In this document: positions 24,816 to 39,270 of the stretch, one piece after another
How the letters are laid out: the number at the start of each line of letters is the position of its first letter
How positions within the stretch are numbered: position 1 is the first letter of the stretch
Assembly: GCF_009914755.1 (NCBI RefSeq)
Contig: NC_060939.1
DNA: 64,000 nt
Source: the human T2T-CHM13v2.0 reference genome, Homo sapiens
Strand: one strand, 5' to 3'
Translations under genes and position numbers: made by a program
Notes under the pieces: model-generated
The model's database searches: none
What the model saw: the letters and a program-made list of their open reading frames with translations, nothing else
What the model was told of the DNA's origin: nothing

Positions 24816-26796
24816 GGTGGGTAGGCACAGGGAGATGTGCCCCCTTCCCCGTGGGTGCTGGGTAGGTAAATGTTTCGCAAAGGGCTTTCTTGGGGAGAGG
24901 GAACCCTGATTTTCAGTATTTGCCTCTTTTCCTGGTATAAATATTCCCACTGTGGGCAGTATCACCTGCCTCTCAAAATTCCTGAAAATTCAACAGTTGG
25001 CTCCTGGCAGCTGCTGTGAGCCGTTCCAGCCGGTGACTGTGGTGGCTCCATCCTGCAGGGCCATGTGCCCCCACCCCTTGTGCTATGGCCACCCTCACTT
25101 TAGTGTGCTGTGTTTTGCTCTTAGGAATCAATGTCTTTGCAGATAAGGCACCCCAGTAGCTGGCCACCACCTGCAGTTCCCTGGTCTGTCTCTTGCTGGC
25201 ACCAAGCTGTGCTGTGCCTGCTGAGACTGCTGGGCCACCCCAGCGCATATGGTCTGCGGGGCTTACTTGATTCCCTTAGCTTCCCAGCCAAGGTGCTGGT
25301 GTTGCCAGCAGTGCTGGCAGGAGGAGGGGATAACTAGAGGGGATTTAACTCAACCCGAGGGGCTCTTACGGGATCTTTCCTGGATATCCCTCCAGGTGGG
25401 GCTGGCTGCCCTGAGGGTGTACAAACTTCCAACTCCTCCAATGGCTGAAGCTACTTCCTCGAGCAGATGGCAGCTGGCTCAGGCTGGCTAGGGACCAGTG
25501 CATGTGAGGTCGGTGCTGGATCACCCCATCAAGGCCATCAGCCTGTGCTTGTTCTTGGGGTTTGAGGGAAACCCAACAGGGATGAATCACAGTTTTTAAC
25601 CTGTGTTTGTCTGCCCCCCAGCCCTGGACATCTGCAGGCAAAGTTAAAGTTATATTTGGCTCTTATCACCACAAAAGGCATAGACCAGAAATTATGGCAT
25701 CGGGTTGGAAGTCAGGGAGGCTAATTTGGGGAAACTGCCTGGAGGAAGCAGCAACTCAAAAGAGGAGGAGTCCCACTGTGGGACAGAACAGGCCCTGCAT
25801 AAGAACCACTAACCCCAGGCAAGCCCAGACATGGCCTTCTGCCTGGGGAGGCCCTCTTTGGCCTGCTCAGCAGACCCTCAGCCCCTTCTAGGCCCTGTCT
25901 TCAGCCTCAGACTGAGTGGTGGCCTGGGGAGGTTGGGAGCTGAGCTGTTCTCATCCCTGGTTCCTTGGCCACGGTGGAAACAATGGGGCCGGATCTGACT
26001 GCTCAGCGGGGACTGTGAATAGCTCTCTAGCAGGAAGCAACAGCAGGGGTAGTGGAGGAAGTGTGGGCCCACTTTGGTTTGACACTGCATATGGTCCCCA
26101 TCTGGCCTGAGAGCCTTTACTCCTTGGCAAACTCAGGCCAATAAGCTCCTGCCCCCACCCTCAATGGCAGCTGGAAGAATGGCCTGAGGGAGAAGCAGGG
26201 ATAGGTGGGCTGCACTGACATCACCCCCAGATCCCAGCCGTGGCCCCAGCCAACCCATGGAGGTGGGGCATGGCACAGCAGGTGCTGCACAGGAGCCCAA
26301 GCACAAGGGCACTTAGGAGAAGGAATCTGAGCAGGGATCGATCTGGCCTGGGGGTGATTCTCCAGAAACTCCATTCCTCGGGGCTGTGACCACCAAGCCA
26401 GGTGATCAGGCCAGTGATGTTTCCCTTTGGGCCAGGTCGGGGAGCCAGACCTGGGAGGGAGACTCCTCTGGGGCCCAGGGGAGGTGAGTCAGAGCTGGCA
26501 GAGGCCTCTGGCTCCAGGAACCTCCAAGGAGGAGACCTGAGTTGCTGGGAATTTCTGGGTCTGACCTCCTGCCAAGTCAAGGTCTGGGCTGGACACAAGG
26601 TGAGGCTGTGCCTTCTGGTGCCAGGACCAAGGAAATGCTGGGATCTGGGCAGTGCTCAGAGGCAGCACCGTATGGCAGAACCATGAGGGTGCACCAGCAC
26701 GGACCCCTTTCTGCAACCCACCCATCCCTCCCTGCAGCACCTCGCCTCCTCCAGGCAAGAATCTGAGCCTTGACCACAGCTCCCTCTCTCACACAG

Positions 26797-26960
26797 CTTC
26801 CTTCTTTGGTTAGAACCACCTGGAGGTGACTGTGGCCATGGCTCTGACTGACATAGACCTGCAGCTGCAGTTCTCCATGTCCCAACCCGAAGCCCTCCTT
26901 CTCCTGGCAGCAGGCCCAGCTGACCACCTCCTGCTGCAGCTCTACTCTGGACACCTGCAG
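26797..26960 (+). pseudogene. CSPG4P: CSPG4P exon 2
   Basis: SFFG*NHLEVTVAMALTDIDLQLQFSMSQPEALLLLAAGPADHLLLQLYSGHLQ|gtgagt. Confidence 0.95.
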
Positions 26961-27596
26961 GTGAGTGACGTCCCCCTGGGATTGGGGCGAGATTCCTTGT
27001 CTAGCTTTGAGTGAACCCCAGCTGGCTGTTGACCTTGTGTAAGTCACTTTTCTTGGGGTCTCAAGTTCTCCACTGTGGGATGGGCAGCAGCAGCTCAGAA
27101 ATGGTAAATCCTTCATGAACTGGCTCTGCCCACCGGCTCCTTCCAACCATGTTTCCCACCACAAGCCCTCACTGGCCCTTTGTGCTCTGACTACACTGAA
27201 CTGCTTTCAGTTCCTGGCCATCTTATGGTCACTTGCAGCCAGGCCTTTGGTCATCACACTCCTCCTGCCAGGTGTGTGACCCACCCATTCCCTGTACCTG
27301 CCGAACTCTAGTCTCTCCTTGAAGTTTCAGTGTGGGCATCCCCTCCTCCTCGGCGAGACCCCCTCCTGGGCCCCCATGACCCCTGCGCATCCTGGTGGCA
27401 CTGCACCAATTTATCTGCAGCACCACTGTCTGTCCATGAGAGTAACAGCACCAGTACTGCCTCAGCTTCATTTTTCCATTTCATCCTTCAAGACACCACA
27501 AGCTTTATTATCAAGGAGTCTTGTGGCTCCTACTTGAGTCTTACCCCATACCAGGAAGAGTTTAAGAACCCAGGGTCTTAGTCCAAATTTGGGGCA

Positions 27597-27737
27597 GGCT
27601 GGGTGCAGTGGCTTATGCCTATAATCCCACCACTTTGGGAGACCAAGGTGGAAAGATCACTTGAGCCTAGGAGTTCAAGACTGGCCTGAGCCACACAATG
27701 AGACCCCATCTCTATTTTAGAAGGAAAAAAAAAAAAC
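27597..27737 (+). mobile_element. FLAM/Alu monomer
   Basis: Single-arm Alu-like sequence with an A tail. Confidence 0.85.
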
Positions 27738-28630
27738 AAATTAACAAATTTGGGGCAGCCATCTCTTTCCACACCCCAGTGGGAAGAGGACTAGGGCTTG
27801 GTCAGTCTGCTGCTGTCATTGCTGCTCATTGCCACAAGGTGTCACTGTTGAACACCTATGTGGTGCAGTCTGGTGCTGATGGCTGCTGAGCTGTGCAGGT
27901 AGTGATGCCACATCCCTACAGAGATGCACCATACCAGGACTCCAAGATCATGGTTCTTAGTGTTCTGGTTCTGCAGTTCCCATACTCTGCCATCACCTAT
28001 TCTAGCATCTGGGAGCACCATACCAGAGCCATTTCTTGTGTCAATGTCATGGTGACAGAACTATGTCCTTCATCTCTCCTTGAGATATTCCTCCACCACA
28101 GGTCAGGCAGCTTTTTTTTTTTTTTTTTTTTCCAGAACACAGAGCATCTGCCTGGGCTCCCTGTCCCTGAACAGTTAGCCTGGCTTCCTTCAGTGACCTC
28201 GAGAAACTTTGCCAAACTTAGGGGGACTGATCAACGGATTCTCAGTTACCCATTATTCCAGGGGTGAAATCTAGATTCCAAGACAATATTTCTGGTGCTT
28301 CTCACTCAAGGAAAGAGGAGGAGAATTTAAAAATACAGGTTGGGTTTCTAGAAGAGCATCTTGCTATATGTCAGTTCCTTGTGGGCAAGGACCACATCTG
28401 ATTCACACCAGGGTCCCCAGAGCCCATCCAGGCCTGGCCCAGAGTTTCCTTTGGTGAGTGTTTGGAGGATGAATAAAGAGATGGCAGGAAGGCAAGAGGA
28501 GTGGCACCAGAGGCCCTTGTCCTAGGTTTTCTGCTCTGGGGCCCCCTGTGGGGAACCCACTGTGCTTTTATAAGGGAAATGATGGATTCAAAGTGCTGCC
28601 CCCCATCTCCCATTCCCCGTCTCTCCTCAG

Positions 28631-31600
28631 GTCAGGCTTGTCCTGGGCCAGGAGGAGCTGAGGCTGCAGACCCCAGCAGAAATTCTACTGAGTGACTCCG
28701 TCCCCCACACCACAGTTCTGACTGTCTCAGAGGACTGGCCCACATTGTCAGTCAATGGGTTTCTGAATGCCTCCTCTGTAGTCCTGGGAGCCCCCCTAGA
28801 AGTCCCCTATGGGCTCTTTGTTGGGAGCACTGGGAGACTTGGCCTGCCCTACCTGAGGGGAACCAGCCATCCCCTGAGGGGTTGCCTCCATGCAGCCGCT
28901 CTCAATGGCCGCAGACTCCTCCAGCCTCTGACCCCCAATAAGCATGAGGGCTGTGCTGAAGAATTTTCTGCCAATGACGATGTGGCCCTGGGCTTCTCTG
29001 GGTCCCACTCTCTGGCTGCCTTGCCTGCCTGGGGCACTCAGGATGAAGGAACCCTGGAGTTTACACTCACCACACAGAGCTGGCAGGCACCCTTGGCCTT
29101 CCAGGCAGCAGGCTGGCATGGGGACTTCATCCATGTGGACATATTTGAGGGCCACCTGTGGTCCATGGTTGAGAAGGGCCAGGGTACTGTATTGCTCCTC
29201 AACAGTGTGCCTGTGACTGACGCACAGCCCCACAAGGTCAGCATCCACATCAACATTCACCAGCTAGAAATCTCCATGGACCAGTACCCCACATGTACTT
29301 TGAACCGAGGAGTCCTCAGCTACCTGGAGCCACGTGACAGTCTCCTTCTTGGGGAGCTGGTGCAGAGGCCTCTCGTCACCTCCAGGAACACCGCTCAGGC
29401 CTGACACCAGGGGCTGCCAATGCCTCCCTGCTGGGCTGGCTGCATGGAAGACCTCAGTGTCAATGGCTAGAGGCGGGGGCTGTGGGAAGCCTTGCTGACG
29501 CACAACATGGTGGCTGGCTGCAGACTGGAGGAGGTGGAGGAGTATGAGGACAATGCCTATGGCCATTATGAAGCTTTCTCCACCCTGGCTCCCGAGGCTT
29601 GGCTGTCCGTGGAGCTAGCTGAGCCATGCGTGCCTGAGCCAGGGCTACCTCCTGTCTTTGCCAATTTCATCCAGCTGCTATCAGTGCAGTGGTGGTGACC
29701 GAGGGTGGCACAGCCTGGCTTGAGTGGTGGCATGTGCAGCCCATGCTGGCACTGATGGAGGCTGAACTGCGTAAATCCCAGGTGCTGTTCAGCGTGACCT
29801 GAGGGGCACACTACAGCGAGCTCGAGCTGGATGTCCTGGGTGCCCAGGCATGAAAAATGTTCACCCTTCTGGACGTGGTGAACTGCAAGGCCCGCTTCAT
29901 CCACGATGGCCCTGAGGACACCTCTGACCAGCTGGTGCTGGAGGTGTCAGTGATGGCTTGGGTGCCTATGCCCTCATGCCTGCGGAGGGGCCAAACAGAC
30001 CTCCTGCCCATCCAGGTCAACCCTGTCAATGACCCACCCCACATCATCTTCCCACATGGCAGCCTTATGGTGATCCTGGAACACACACACAAGCCTCTGG
30101 GGCCTGAGGTTCTCCAGGCCTATGACCTGGACTCTACCTGTGAGGGCCTCACCTTCCAGCTCCTTGGCACCCCCTCTGGCCTCCCCGTGGAGCACCGAGA
30201 CCAGCCTGGGGAGCCGGTGACTGAGTTCTCCTGCTGGGAGTTGGAGGCCGGCAGCCTAGTCTATGTCCACTGCGGTGGCCCTACACAGGACTTGACATTC
30301 CGGGTCAGCAATGGACTGCAGGCCAGCCCCCCGGCCATGCTGAAGGTGGTGGCTGTCCAGCTGGCCATACAAATCCACCGCAGCACAGGGCTGCATCTGG
30401 CCCAGGGCTCTGCCATGCCCATCTTGCCTACCAACCTGTTGGTGGAGACCAGCGCCGTGGGGCAGGATGTGACCGTGCTGTTCCATGTCACCGGAGGCCT
30501 GCCGTTCAGGGAGCTGCAGAAGCAGGGGGCTGGTGGGGTGGAGGATGCTGAGTGGTGGGTCACACAGGCGTTCCACCAGCAGGATGTGGAGCAGGGCCAC
30601 GTGAGATACCTGAGCACTGACCCACAGCACTACACCGAGGACACCGTGGAGAACCTGGATCTGCAGGTGCAGGTGAGCTGGGAAATCCTGAGCAATCTGT
30701 CCTTCCTAGTGACCATCCAGAGAGCCACTGTGTGGATGCTGCAGCTGGAGCCACTGCACACTCAGAACACCCAGCAGGAGGCCCTCACCACAGCCCACCT
30801 GGAGGCCACCCTGGAGGAGGCAGGCCCAAGCCCCCCAACCTTCCACTGTGAGGTGGTTCAGGCTCCCAGGAAAGGCAACCTTCAACTACAGGGCACGATG
30901 ATGTCAGACGGTCAGGGCTTCACCCAGGATGACGTACAGGCTGCAGAGGTGACCTATGGGGCCATGGCACGTGCCTCAGTGGCAGTGGAGGACACCTTCT
31001 GTTTCCATGTCACAGCTCCACCATATTTCTCCCCACTCTGTACCTTCTCCATCCATATTGGCGGTGACCCAGACATGCCTGTCCTCATGGTGCCCGAGGG
31101 TGGTGAGTGTGTCCTCTCTGCTGACCAGCTCTTCATCAAGAGTCTCAACAGTGCCAGGTACCTCTATGAGGTCATGGAGCAGCCCCGCCATGGGAGGTTG
31201 ACTTGGCGTGGGACACAGGACAAGATCACTATGGTGACATCCTTCACCAATGGAGACCTGATGCATGGCCAGCTGGTCTAGCAGCATGATGACTCCGAGA
31301 TCACAGAAGATGATATCCCATTTCCTGCTGCCACCAGGACCAGAGCAGTGGTGACGTGGCCTGGGAGGAGGTATGGGGTGTCTTCTGAGTGGCCATCCAG
31401 CCTGTGAATGACCACGCCCCTATGCAGACCATCAGCTGCGTCTTCCATGTGGCCTGGGGTAGGTGGCGGCTGCTGACTACAGACAACATGGCCTTCAGCA
31501 ATGCTGATTCGGGCTTTGCTGAGGCCCAGCTGGTGCTGACCCACCAGGACCTCCTCTCTGGCAGTATCATGGCCACGGATGAGCCCATGCAGCCCATCTG

Positions 31601-32152
31601 CCGCTTCATCCAGGAGGGGCCTCAGGAAGAGGCGAGTCCTGTTCACACACTCAGGCTGACCACGGCTGGATCCCGCTGCAGGTGTCCGATGGGCAGCACC
31701 AGGCCATCACGGTGCTGGAGGTGCAGGCCTTGGAGCCTTACCTCTGTGTGGCCAATGGCTCCGGCCTCATGGTTCCTCAAGGAGGCCAGGGTACCATCAA
31801 CATGGCCGAGCTCCACCTGGGCACCAACCTCAACATCTGCAGTAGGGATGAGGCCCACTACCACGTCACAGACAGCCCTCACTGGGGACAGTTGCTCCAA
31901 GCCACTCAGCCAGCCACAGCCTTCTCTCAGCAGGACCTGCTGGTTGGGGCTGTTCCCTATGGCCACAATGGCAGCCTCAGCTCCTGCAACACCCTGGCCT
32001 TCTCAATGGATGTGGGACCAGTGCACACAGATGCCACCCTACAAGTGACCATTGCCCTAGAGGGCCCAGTAGCCCCACTGAAGCTGGCCCAGCACAAGAA
32101 GATCTACATCTTCCAGGGAGAGGCAGCTGAGATCAGAAGGGACCAGCTGGAG
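28631..32152 (+). pseudogene. CSPG4P: CSPG4P large exon 3
   Basis: Starts VRLVLGQEELRLQT and ends AAEIRRDQLE|gtgagg. It is broken into ORFs 28745-29404, 29492-29698, 29857-31281, 31389-32048 and 31682-32173. Confidence 0.96.
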
Positions 32153-33344
32153 GTGAGGAGCTGGAGGTGGTGAGCGGGGTGTGGACCAGTTAGAGGGCCT
32201 TCCTCCCAGCCTCCATGCCGGGAACACATGTGACTTGGGCTGTACCTGTGGTGGTCCCAGCTTGCGTGTGTGCACGTGCCTCAGATATGCTCCCATATAT
32301 GTTGTGTTCCCAAGAGTTTCTGGGGAGCTTGCTGTACACCCATCCTCCTGGGAGTGGTGTGTGCCTCTAGAGCTGGTGCCCACTCATGTCCATGGCATGG
32401 CTGAGCATGCAGATTCCTGGACGCCACCCAGCCCTACAGAATCTCTGAAGTGGAGCCCGAGAATCTGCATTGCAGTCAGTTCCCTGGGAGGGCATCACGG
32501 GTCCTGAACTTTTGGGATTGCTGGCCGTGGAGACAGGCCGCTGCCTCTCAGACCCCTGTGTAGCCTGCTCTCTTCTCAGAGCCCAGACCAGGACCAGGAG
32601 GGTCTGTCAAGGGCTTCTGCTTACCCAGGAACCTCACAGAGCAGCCACGGGCCTTCCAGAGATCTGATATGCCCTGTGACCTCAGGCCAGTCCTTGCCCG
32701 CTCTCAGCCTTACTCTTCCACACTGCTTATTTCGGAGACCCTTCTGGTCTGCATCTGGAGCTTGGGGCCCATGGTGAGCCAGCAGATCTGGCATCAGGAA
32801 GGCCTCATGGGAGGAGGCAGTGTTTGGGCCGGGCTCTGAAGAGTACAGGCCATTAGGAGCAGAGAATGGGGAGTGGTATTCCATGCAAAAGGAACATTCC
32901 GGCCGAAGGCACAAAACAGGAATGTGAGTTTGGAGGCAGTTTAGCCTCTTGTGGATGGCCCATCAGGTGAGGGAGCCCATGTGGCCTTTGGGGTGTGAGC
33001 TCTGTAGGGCCTGTGCTGGGGGTGCCTGTGCCTCTAGGAGGGGTGGGGTGGGGTGGGGCAGGGCACCCTCTGATGGTCCTGGGTGGTAATAGCAGGGGTT
33101 GGGGAGGATGCTGCCAGCAAACCAGCCACAGGCCTGAACAGATCCTGAGCAGGGGGCCTGTGTGCGTGTGCACACACGCATGTGTACCTGTACCTGTGTG
33201 ACTGCATCGGCATCTGATGAACTCATATGTCTGTGTCACTGAGTCTGGGGACATGTGATTATGCACTTCCCTGAGGGAGTGCATCTCAAGCTGTGTGACC
33301 GACACCCCGTAACCATGTGTGGGGTGGGTATTAACATGTGACCA

Positions 33345-33546
33345 GCTGGGGCAACCCAGTGAAACCCCATCTCTACACAAAACATTTAAAAATTAGCCAG
33401 GCATGGTGGCACATGACTGTGGTCCCAGCTACTTGGGAGGCTGAGCCCTTGAGCCTAGGACGTTGAGGCTGCAGGGAGCTGTGATCACACCACAGCACTC
33501 CAGCCTGGGTGACAGAGTGAGACCCTGTCTCAAAAAAACAAAAAAT
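33345..33546 (+). mobile_element. AluJ-like fragment
   Basis: Partial sense Alu. Confidence 0.85.
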
Positions 33547-33735
33547 ATGACCAGCTGCATGTCTGGCTGCTGTGTGTGTGAACCCACATGTGTGTGTGTC
33601 ACTAAATGAGCAGTGGTATCTGGGGAAATAAGTGGAGCAAGATCAAGGCTGTTCTGGCTGCTTAGGGCCACAGTGGGCCCCTCTGAGACCCCTCTGCGCA
33701 TTCCCTTGTGAGTCCTCATGACCTCTGTTAACCAG

Positions 33736-34222
33736 GTAGCCCAGGAGGCAGTGCCGCCAGCAGACATCGTTTTCTCAGTGAAGAGCCCACCGAGTGCCGG
33801 CTACCTGGTGATGGTGCTGCGTGGCATCTTGGCAGATGAGCCACCCAGCCTGGACCCCGTGCAGAGCTTCTCCCAAGAGGCAGTGGACACAGGCAGGATC
33901 CTCTACCTGCACTCCCGCCCTGAGGCCCGGAGCCATGCCTTCTCGCTGGATGTGGCCTCGGCCTGGGTGCTCCCCTTGAGGACGTCACGTGGAGCTGGAG
34001 GTGCTGCCTGCTGTCATCCCCACTGGGGGCACAAAACTTCAGCAGTAGAGGGGGCACAGTCGCAGCTGCACCCTGGCCCCTCCACTGCTCCGCGTTGCCA
34101 GGTCCTACTTCCCCACTCTCCCGGGCCTTGGCCTGCAGGTGCTGGAGCCACCCCGGCATGGGGCCCTGCAGAAGGAGGATGGGCCTCAAGCCAGGACCCT
34201 CAGCACCTTCTGCTGGAGAGAG
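33736..34222 (+). pseudogene. CSPG4P: CSPG4P exon 4
   Basis: VAQEAVPPADIVFSVKSPPSAGYLVMV...SFSQEAVDTGRILYLHSRPEA; frameshifted. Confidence 0.95.
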
Positions 34223-34370
34223 GTACGGCTGTGAGAGAGGCCCAGGGGCTGCAGCCCAGCTCTGGGGGCAGAGTGGAGGGAGCCCCGGGGACTCCCAGTC
34301 CAGGGGTTATACAGAGAGGAGACAGGGAGTCACATTTCAGAAAGACCTATGCTTTAGATGCTGTATCTCG

Positions 34371-34707
<337 letters not shown>

Positions 34708-34832
34708 TTATGGTCCCCATTTTCCACCAATGGAAGCTGAGGCCCTAAAAGGGTCAGTCTCTTCCTGCACCCAAAGGCAGAACATGAAGGGTGCTGCTGG
34801 GGTCTGACTGCCAGCCCTGGGCCTGCCCCTAG

Positions 34833-35003
34833 GTGGAAGAGCATCTGATCCAGTACCTGCACGATGGGAGCAAGACACTGACGGTTTTGTCCTGATGGCT
34901 AATGTCTCTGAGATGGACCGCCAGAGCCATCCTGTGGCCTTCACTGTCACCATCCTGCCTGTCAATGGCCAACCCCCGACCTCATACAAACTCAGGCCTG
35001 CAG
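34833..35003 (+). pseudogene. CSPG4P: CSPG4P exon 5
   Basis: VEEHLIQYLHDGSKTLT...MANVSEMDRQSHPVAFTVTILPVN. Confidence 0.93.
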
Positions 35004-36621
35004 GTGAGCATATTCCTGGGACCACCCCCAATGTCTGCTTTGAGAAAGAGGCCAATGTCCCCTACTTCCCGGCACAGATCTCCCCCCCTCTGAGCCTCAG
35101 TTTCCTCCTCTGCAAAATGAGGACACTACTGTGTGCCTCACGCAGTTGTTGGAAGGAGAGATGTGAGATTGTGCTGAAATAGAACACAGGCGGGAGGTTT
35201 TGTTATTGGACATTTGCAAGTACGGCAGGCAGACTTCTGAGCAGCCATGGGTGGCTCTGCTGTTCCTTCTCCTGTGGCTTAGGACCAGAACACCTGAAAG
35301 AATCACTTACAAGCCCTTAAGGGCTGGCGTCAGGGTGGGACCGTTAAGCTTCCCACCTTCACCCCAGCAAGTGAAGGCCTCAGCTTGGCTTCCCAAACTC
35401 CTGCCCCTTGTCCACAGCAGAGCAGGGCCCCCATTTGGCAAAGGTGGAAGTTGAGGCCCAGACATGGGATGGAACTTCTCCATGATTGCAAAAGTAGTTC
35501 TGGTGGAACAGAAAGGGCATGGCTTTACTAAGCCCAAGTGGCAGGGCTTTGAACCCCAGCTTCTGGGGCGCGTCCTCCCCAGTCAGCAGAAGCCACTGAA
35601 GGTTCCGCAAGAGGGCTGACTTGGGCTGTCTCTGACATGGGGCACCGGGGGGCTTTGGTGGTCTAGGATGTGCCTGTAGGGGGTGGCCTCATGGTGCGGA
35701 GGCCACAGAAGAGTGGGACACAGCACCCTGGAACCACAGGCTGGGATGGCTCTGTGGCAGTGCGGCCACCAGGTGGTGCCATCTACCCGTGTTTGTTCCG
35801 GGAGCCCAGTGATGGGGCCCTGCCTCACACAGTATGGCCCCTCTTGCCAAGGCTCGGCCTGAGGGCTCCCTGCGGCCAGGGGAGGAAGCCCAGGAATGCC
35901 AGAGGGCTGTTTTCTGGGCATGTGAGTCCCACTGCAGCACTGCCCACAAGTAATTGACCCAGCAAGACTGGTACCAGGACCTCAGGAACGGGTGCCTGTT
36001 CTGCTTGCTAGTGGGAGGCCTGAAAAGGGGCCCCCTTTGCCCAACACGAGGAGGGCCCGTAACTGCTCTGGAAGCACCTGGGCCCATCCCAGCACTGCTT
36101 CTGTGCTGCAGGACAGTGCCAACCATCAGGCTTCAGCTCTCTGCGCCTCCCACCCCTCCCTTAGCTGGAAGGAGTGCTCGTTTCTAAAATCACTGTTCCC
36201 ACCTGTGCCCAGCCCCTGCCAGGCACACATGGAGGGTCTGAAAGGAGACTGCTGCCCCACCAGTGAGACAGATTAAGGAGCACTGTTGGTCAGCGCTGGG
36301 GGTTTCTGGGGGTGAGAACTTGGTGAGGGTAAGAGCTAGGGCCTTCCTGGGTTGGGTACACAAGCTGGTCTTGAGGGACACACAGGACTAGGACAGATGA
36401 AGAGCAGGGATGCTGGGCCTGGAGGGTGGCCTTCCCTGGGGTGACAGGGAAGGTGAATGCAGGGAGGCCATTTGTGCAGGGGAGCCACAGCAGCGCCAGC
36501 CTTGATGCCACCTGAGGGCCTGAGCCTCAGTGGGGTTGGAGCCCTGGTGGCAGCCCAGGGCCGGGGAGGAAGGGGTGGGTAAGTGTGGCAGGGCAGAACC
36601 TTCACAGGCCTGTGTCCCCAG

Positions 36622-37356
36622 ACGTGGGAGGGGGCCACCGTGCCCATCCCTACAGAGGCTCTGAGGAGCATGGATGGTTACTCTGGGCCCAAGGACCTGG
36701 TGTACACCATTAAGCAGCCCAGCAATGGGTGGGTAGTGCGGTGGGCGGTGCCGGGCACTGAGGTGCGCAGCTTCATGCAGACCCAGCTGGATGGTGGGCT
36801 CGTGCTGTTCTCACACAGAGGTGGGTGCTGAGGGCCGAGCCCCAGGTTTCTGCTGCCCACGGGGGCACCCTGAGGTGGGGAGCCAGTTCAGGCCAGCTGG
36901 ACCCAACACCCTTGTCCCCAGGGGCCCTGGACAGAGGCATCCACTTTGGCCTCTCTGACGGTGAACATACTTCCTCCAGACACTTAGCTTCTGAGTGACG
37001 GCCCAGAAGCAAGTGCTTCACTCGCTGGAGGGCAGCCAGACACTGACTGCCCAGGTGGGTGTGCTGATTGTGGGCATTCCTGGGTGCAGGGGGCTGGGGC
37101 AGAGCTGAGGGTGGCATGCCAGGGTCACACTGCCTCTCTGCAGCCACAGGCCTCGGCCTGGATCACAAAGGCTGATGGCCCCTTTTGCCTCTGGCAGAGT
37201 CCGTCCAGCCACTCAGCAGCCAGAGCCTCAGAGCCAGCAGGCACCGACCCCCAGCTCCTGCTCTACCATGTGGTGCGGGGCCTCCAGCTAGGCCGGCTCT
37301 TCCACGCCCAGCATGACAGCACAGGGGAGGACCTGGTGAACTTCACTCAGGCAGAG
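36622..37356 (+). pseudogene. CSPG4P: CSPG4P exons 6-8 (36622-36820, 36922-37054, 37198-37356)
   Basis: WEGATVPIPTEALRS...LVLFSHR; FGLSDGEHTSS; AGTDPQLLLYHVVRGLQLGRLFHAQHDSTGEDLVNFTQAE. Confidence 0.93.
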
Positions 37357-38994
37357 GTAAGGGCCCCACTCTGCAGCCACCACTCAGATGCGCCCAGCCT
37401 CAGGTGGCCACTGTGCCATGGACATCATGTGGACATGGGCACCAGCTCCAGCATCACCGGCAGCAGACACTCCCAGGCCTGCCATGGTCCAGGACCTGGT
37501 GTCCTGCCCTCTAGGCGTCATCAGGCTGGCAGGGCAAGTTCATGTTCCCAGAAGGAGGGAGAAGAATGCAGGAAGTCGGGGATACAGGGCCCTAGAGCAG
37601 GGCTGGGGTCTTGGGGTGTGGCTTCCCAAAGGAAGCTAGAGCTGGACCCAAGGGTCTGGAGAGGGAGAACCATGTAGGGGCACTAGTGGCACCCCAGTAG
37701 CTGGTGAGGGGCAGTGCTTGGTGGGGGATGGAGTCGGAGGTGAAGCAGCTGCTGGGGCCTGTGGGCAGAGGTGTGAGCCTCGGGCTCAGATCAGGTGCCA
37801 GCCAGAGGAAGAGTGGATCCTAGGAGCAGATGAGCTGATGAAAGGCAGCTGAGTCGGCCAAAAGGGGGAAGCCACTGTTCATCTGTCCTGGTGGCTTCAG
37901 AGAAGAACTAGAGCTCTCAGCCATGGGTAGTGGCAGACTCTCTGTGGTAATTGTGCCATGGGGGCCAGCCCAGTCATGGTTTAAATGAACACCTCTCCCC
38001 AAAGGCAGAATGGGAGTTGTTCCATAGCAGGGCAGGGCAGGGCAGACTCTTGTGGGCCGTCCTGGGCAGGCAGCACACCTGATGCCCCCATCAGGAGGCT
38101 GCGTGAGCATCTGGACCCAGCACATGATCACAGTGAGTTCTGGGCAGGGAGCGGTCTTGTGGGGCGCAGAGCTGACTCTGTCACTCAGGAGCCACGGCCC
38201 GCAGCACTGCCCCAAGTACCTCCAGAGGGGACCCCTGTCAGCCCTTGAAAATGGCAGAGCCCACCCCAGCCCCCTTTTCAAGCTCCCTTGCTTCGGCAAG
38301 GACCTCCTGAGCCTGGCGCTCTCCCTCCTGAGAGGTGCAGATGGTACTCAGCAAGTGCAAAGCCGAGGTTTCTTGGGCCTCTCACATCAGCACCTCCCAG
38401 ACCTCGGTTCTGTATTTCCCTGGAGCTCCACTCCTGCTATGGTGCCCTTCCCACAATGAGATATTCATCAGGTTGGTGTCTACAGCTGCTGCGTACCCTC
38501 ACTTGCTGGGAGCCTTTGTCAAGAATGCCCAGGAATGAGGAGGGCACAGGACGCAGACCATCAGCAACCCTCTTGCACTCTATAGTCCCATGTTACTCAG
38601 AGCTTCCCCATGCTCCAGCAAGATGAAGGACTAGATTGAATGGGCACCAAGCTGACAGTGCCACCCAGGAAAGCCGGGAAGAGGCTACATGGGCTACCTG
38701 GCCCACTCAGGGAGGAGGGCAGGACTGGGTATTGTCTTGACAGCAACCCTGTCCCACAACACTGAACTGGGTAGGGAAGGGGTCAGGTGTCCTCATTTTT
38801 CAGATAAGAAAACTGAAGCTCCCAGAGGGCAGGTAAATGTATTCAGAGCACATGGCAAGTAAGAGGCAAAACTTCTGCCAGCAAGTCCAGGATTTTTTTC
38901 ACCAGAGGACATTGCTTGGTCCCCAGACCTCAGGACCCTGTGTTTTGCCTCACTCCCACCCACAGAGCTCCTGTATCCAGGTATCAACTCCAAC

Positions 38995-39270
38995 TCCCAC
39001 TCCTGGAGGCCGAGGCAGGAGGATCACTTGAGCCCAGGAGTTCGAGACCAGCCTGGGCCACATAGTGAGACCTTGTCTCCACACAAAAATTTTAAAAATA
39101 GCTGGGCTTGGTGGTGGCATGTGCCTGTAGTCCTAGCTACTCGAGAGGCTGACGTTGGAGGATCACTTTGAGCCCAGGAGGTGGAGGCTGCAGTGAGCAG
39201 TCATCACTGTACTCCAGCCTGGTGACAGAGCGAGACCCTATCACCGCCCCCCGCCCCACCAAAAAAAAAC
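38995..39270 (+). mobile_element. AluJ-like, 5'-truncated, near the CSPG4P/DNM1P module junction
   Basis: GGAGGCCGAGGCAGGAGGATCACTTGAGCCCAGGAGTTCGAGACC. Confidence 0.88.

Noticed and set aside
37880-38630. Possible CSPG4 exons 9-10 or another gene's exon after exon 8
   Set aside because: No frame gave recognisable CSPG4 or other protein sequence.
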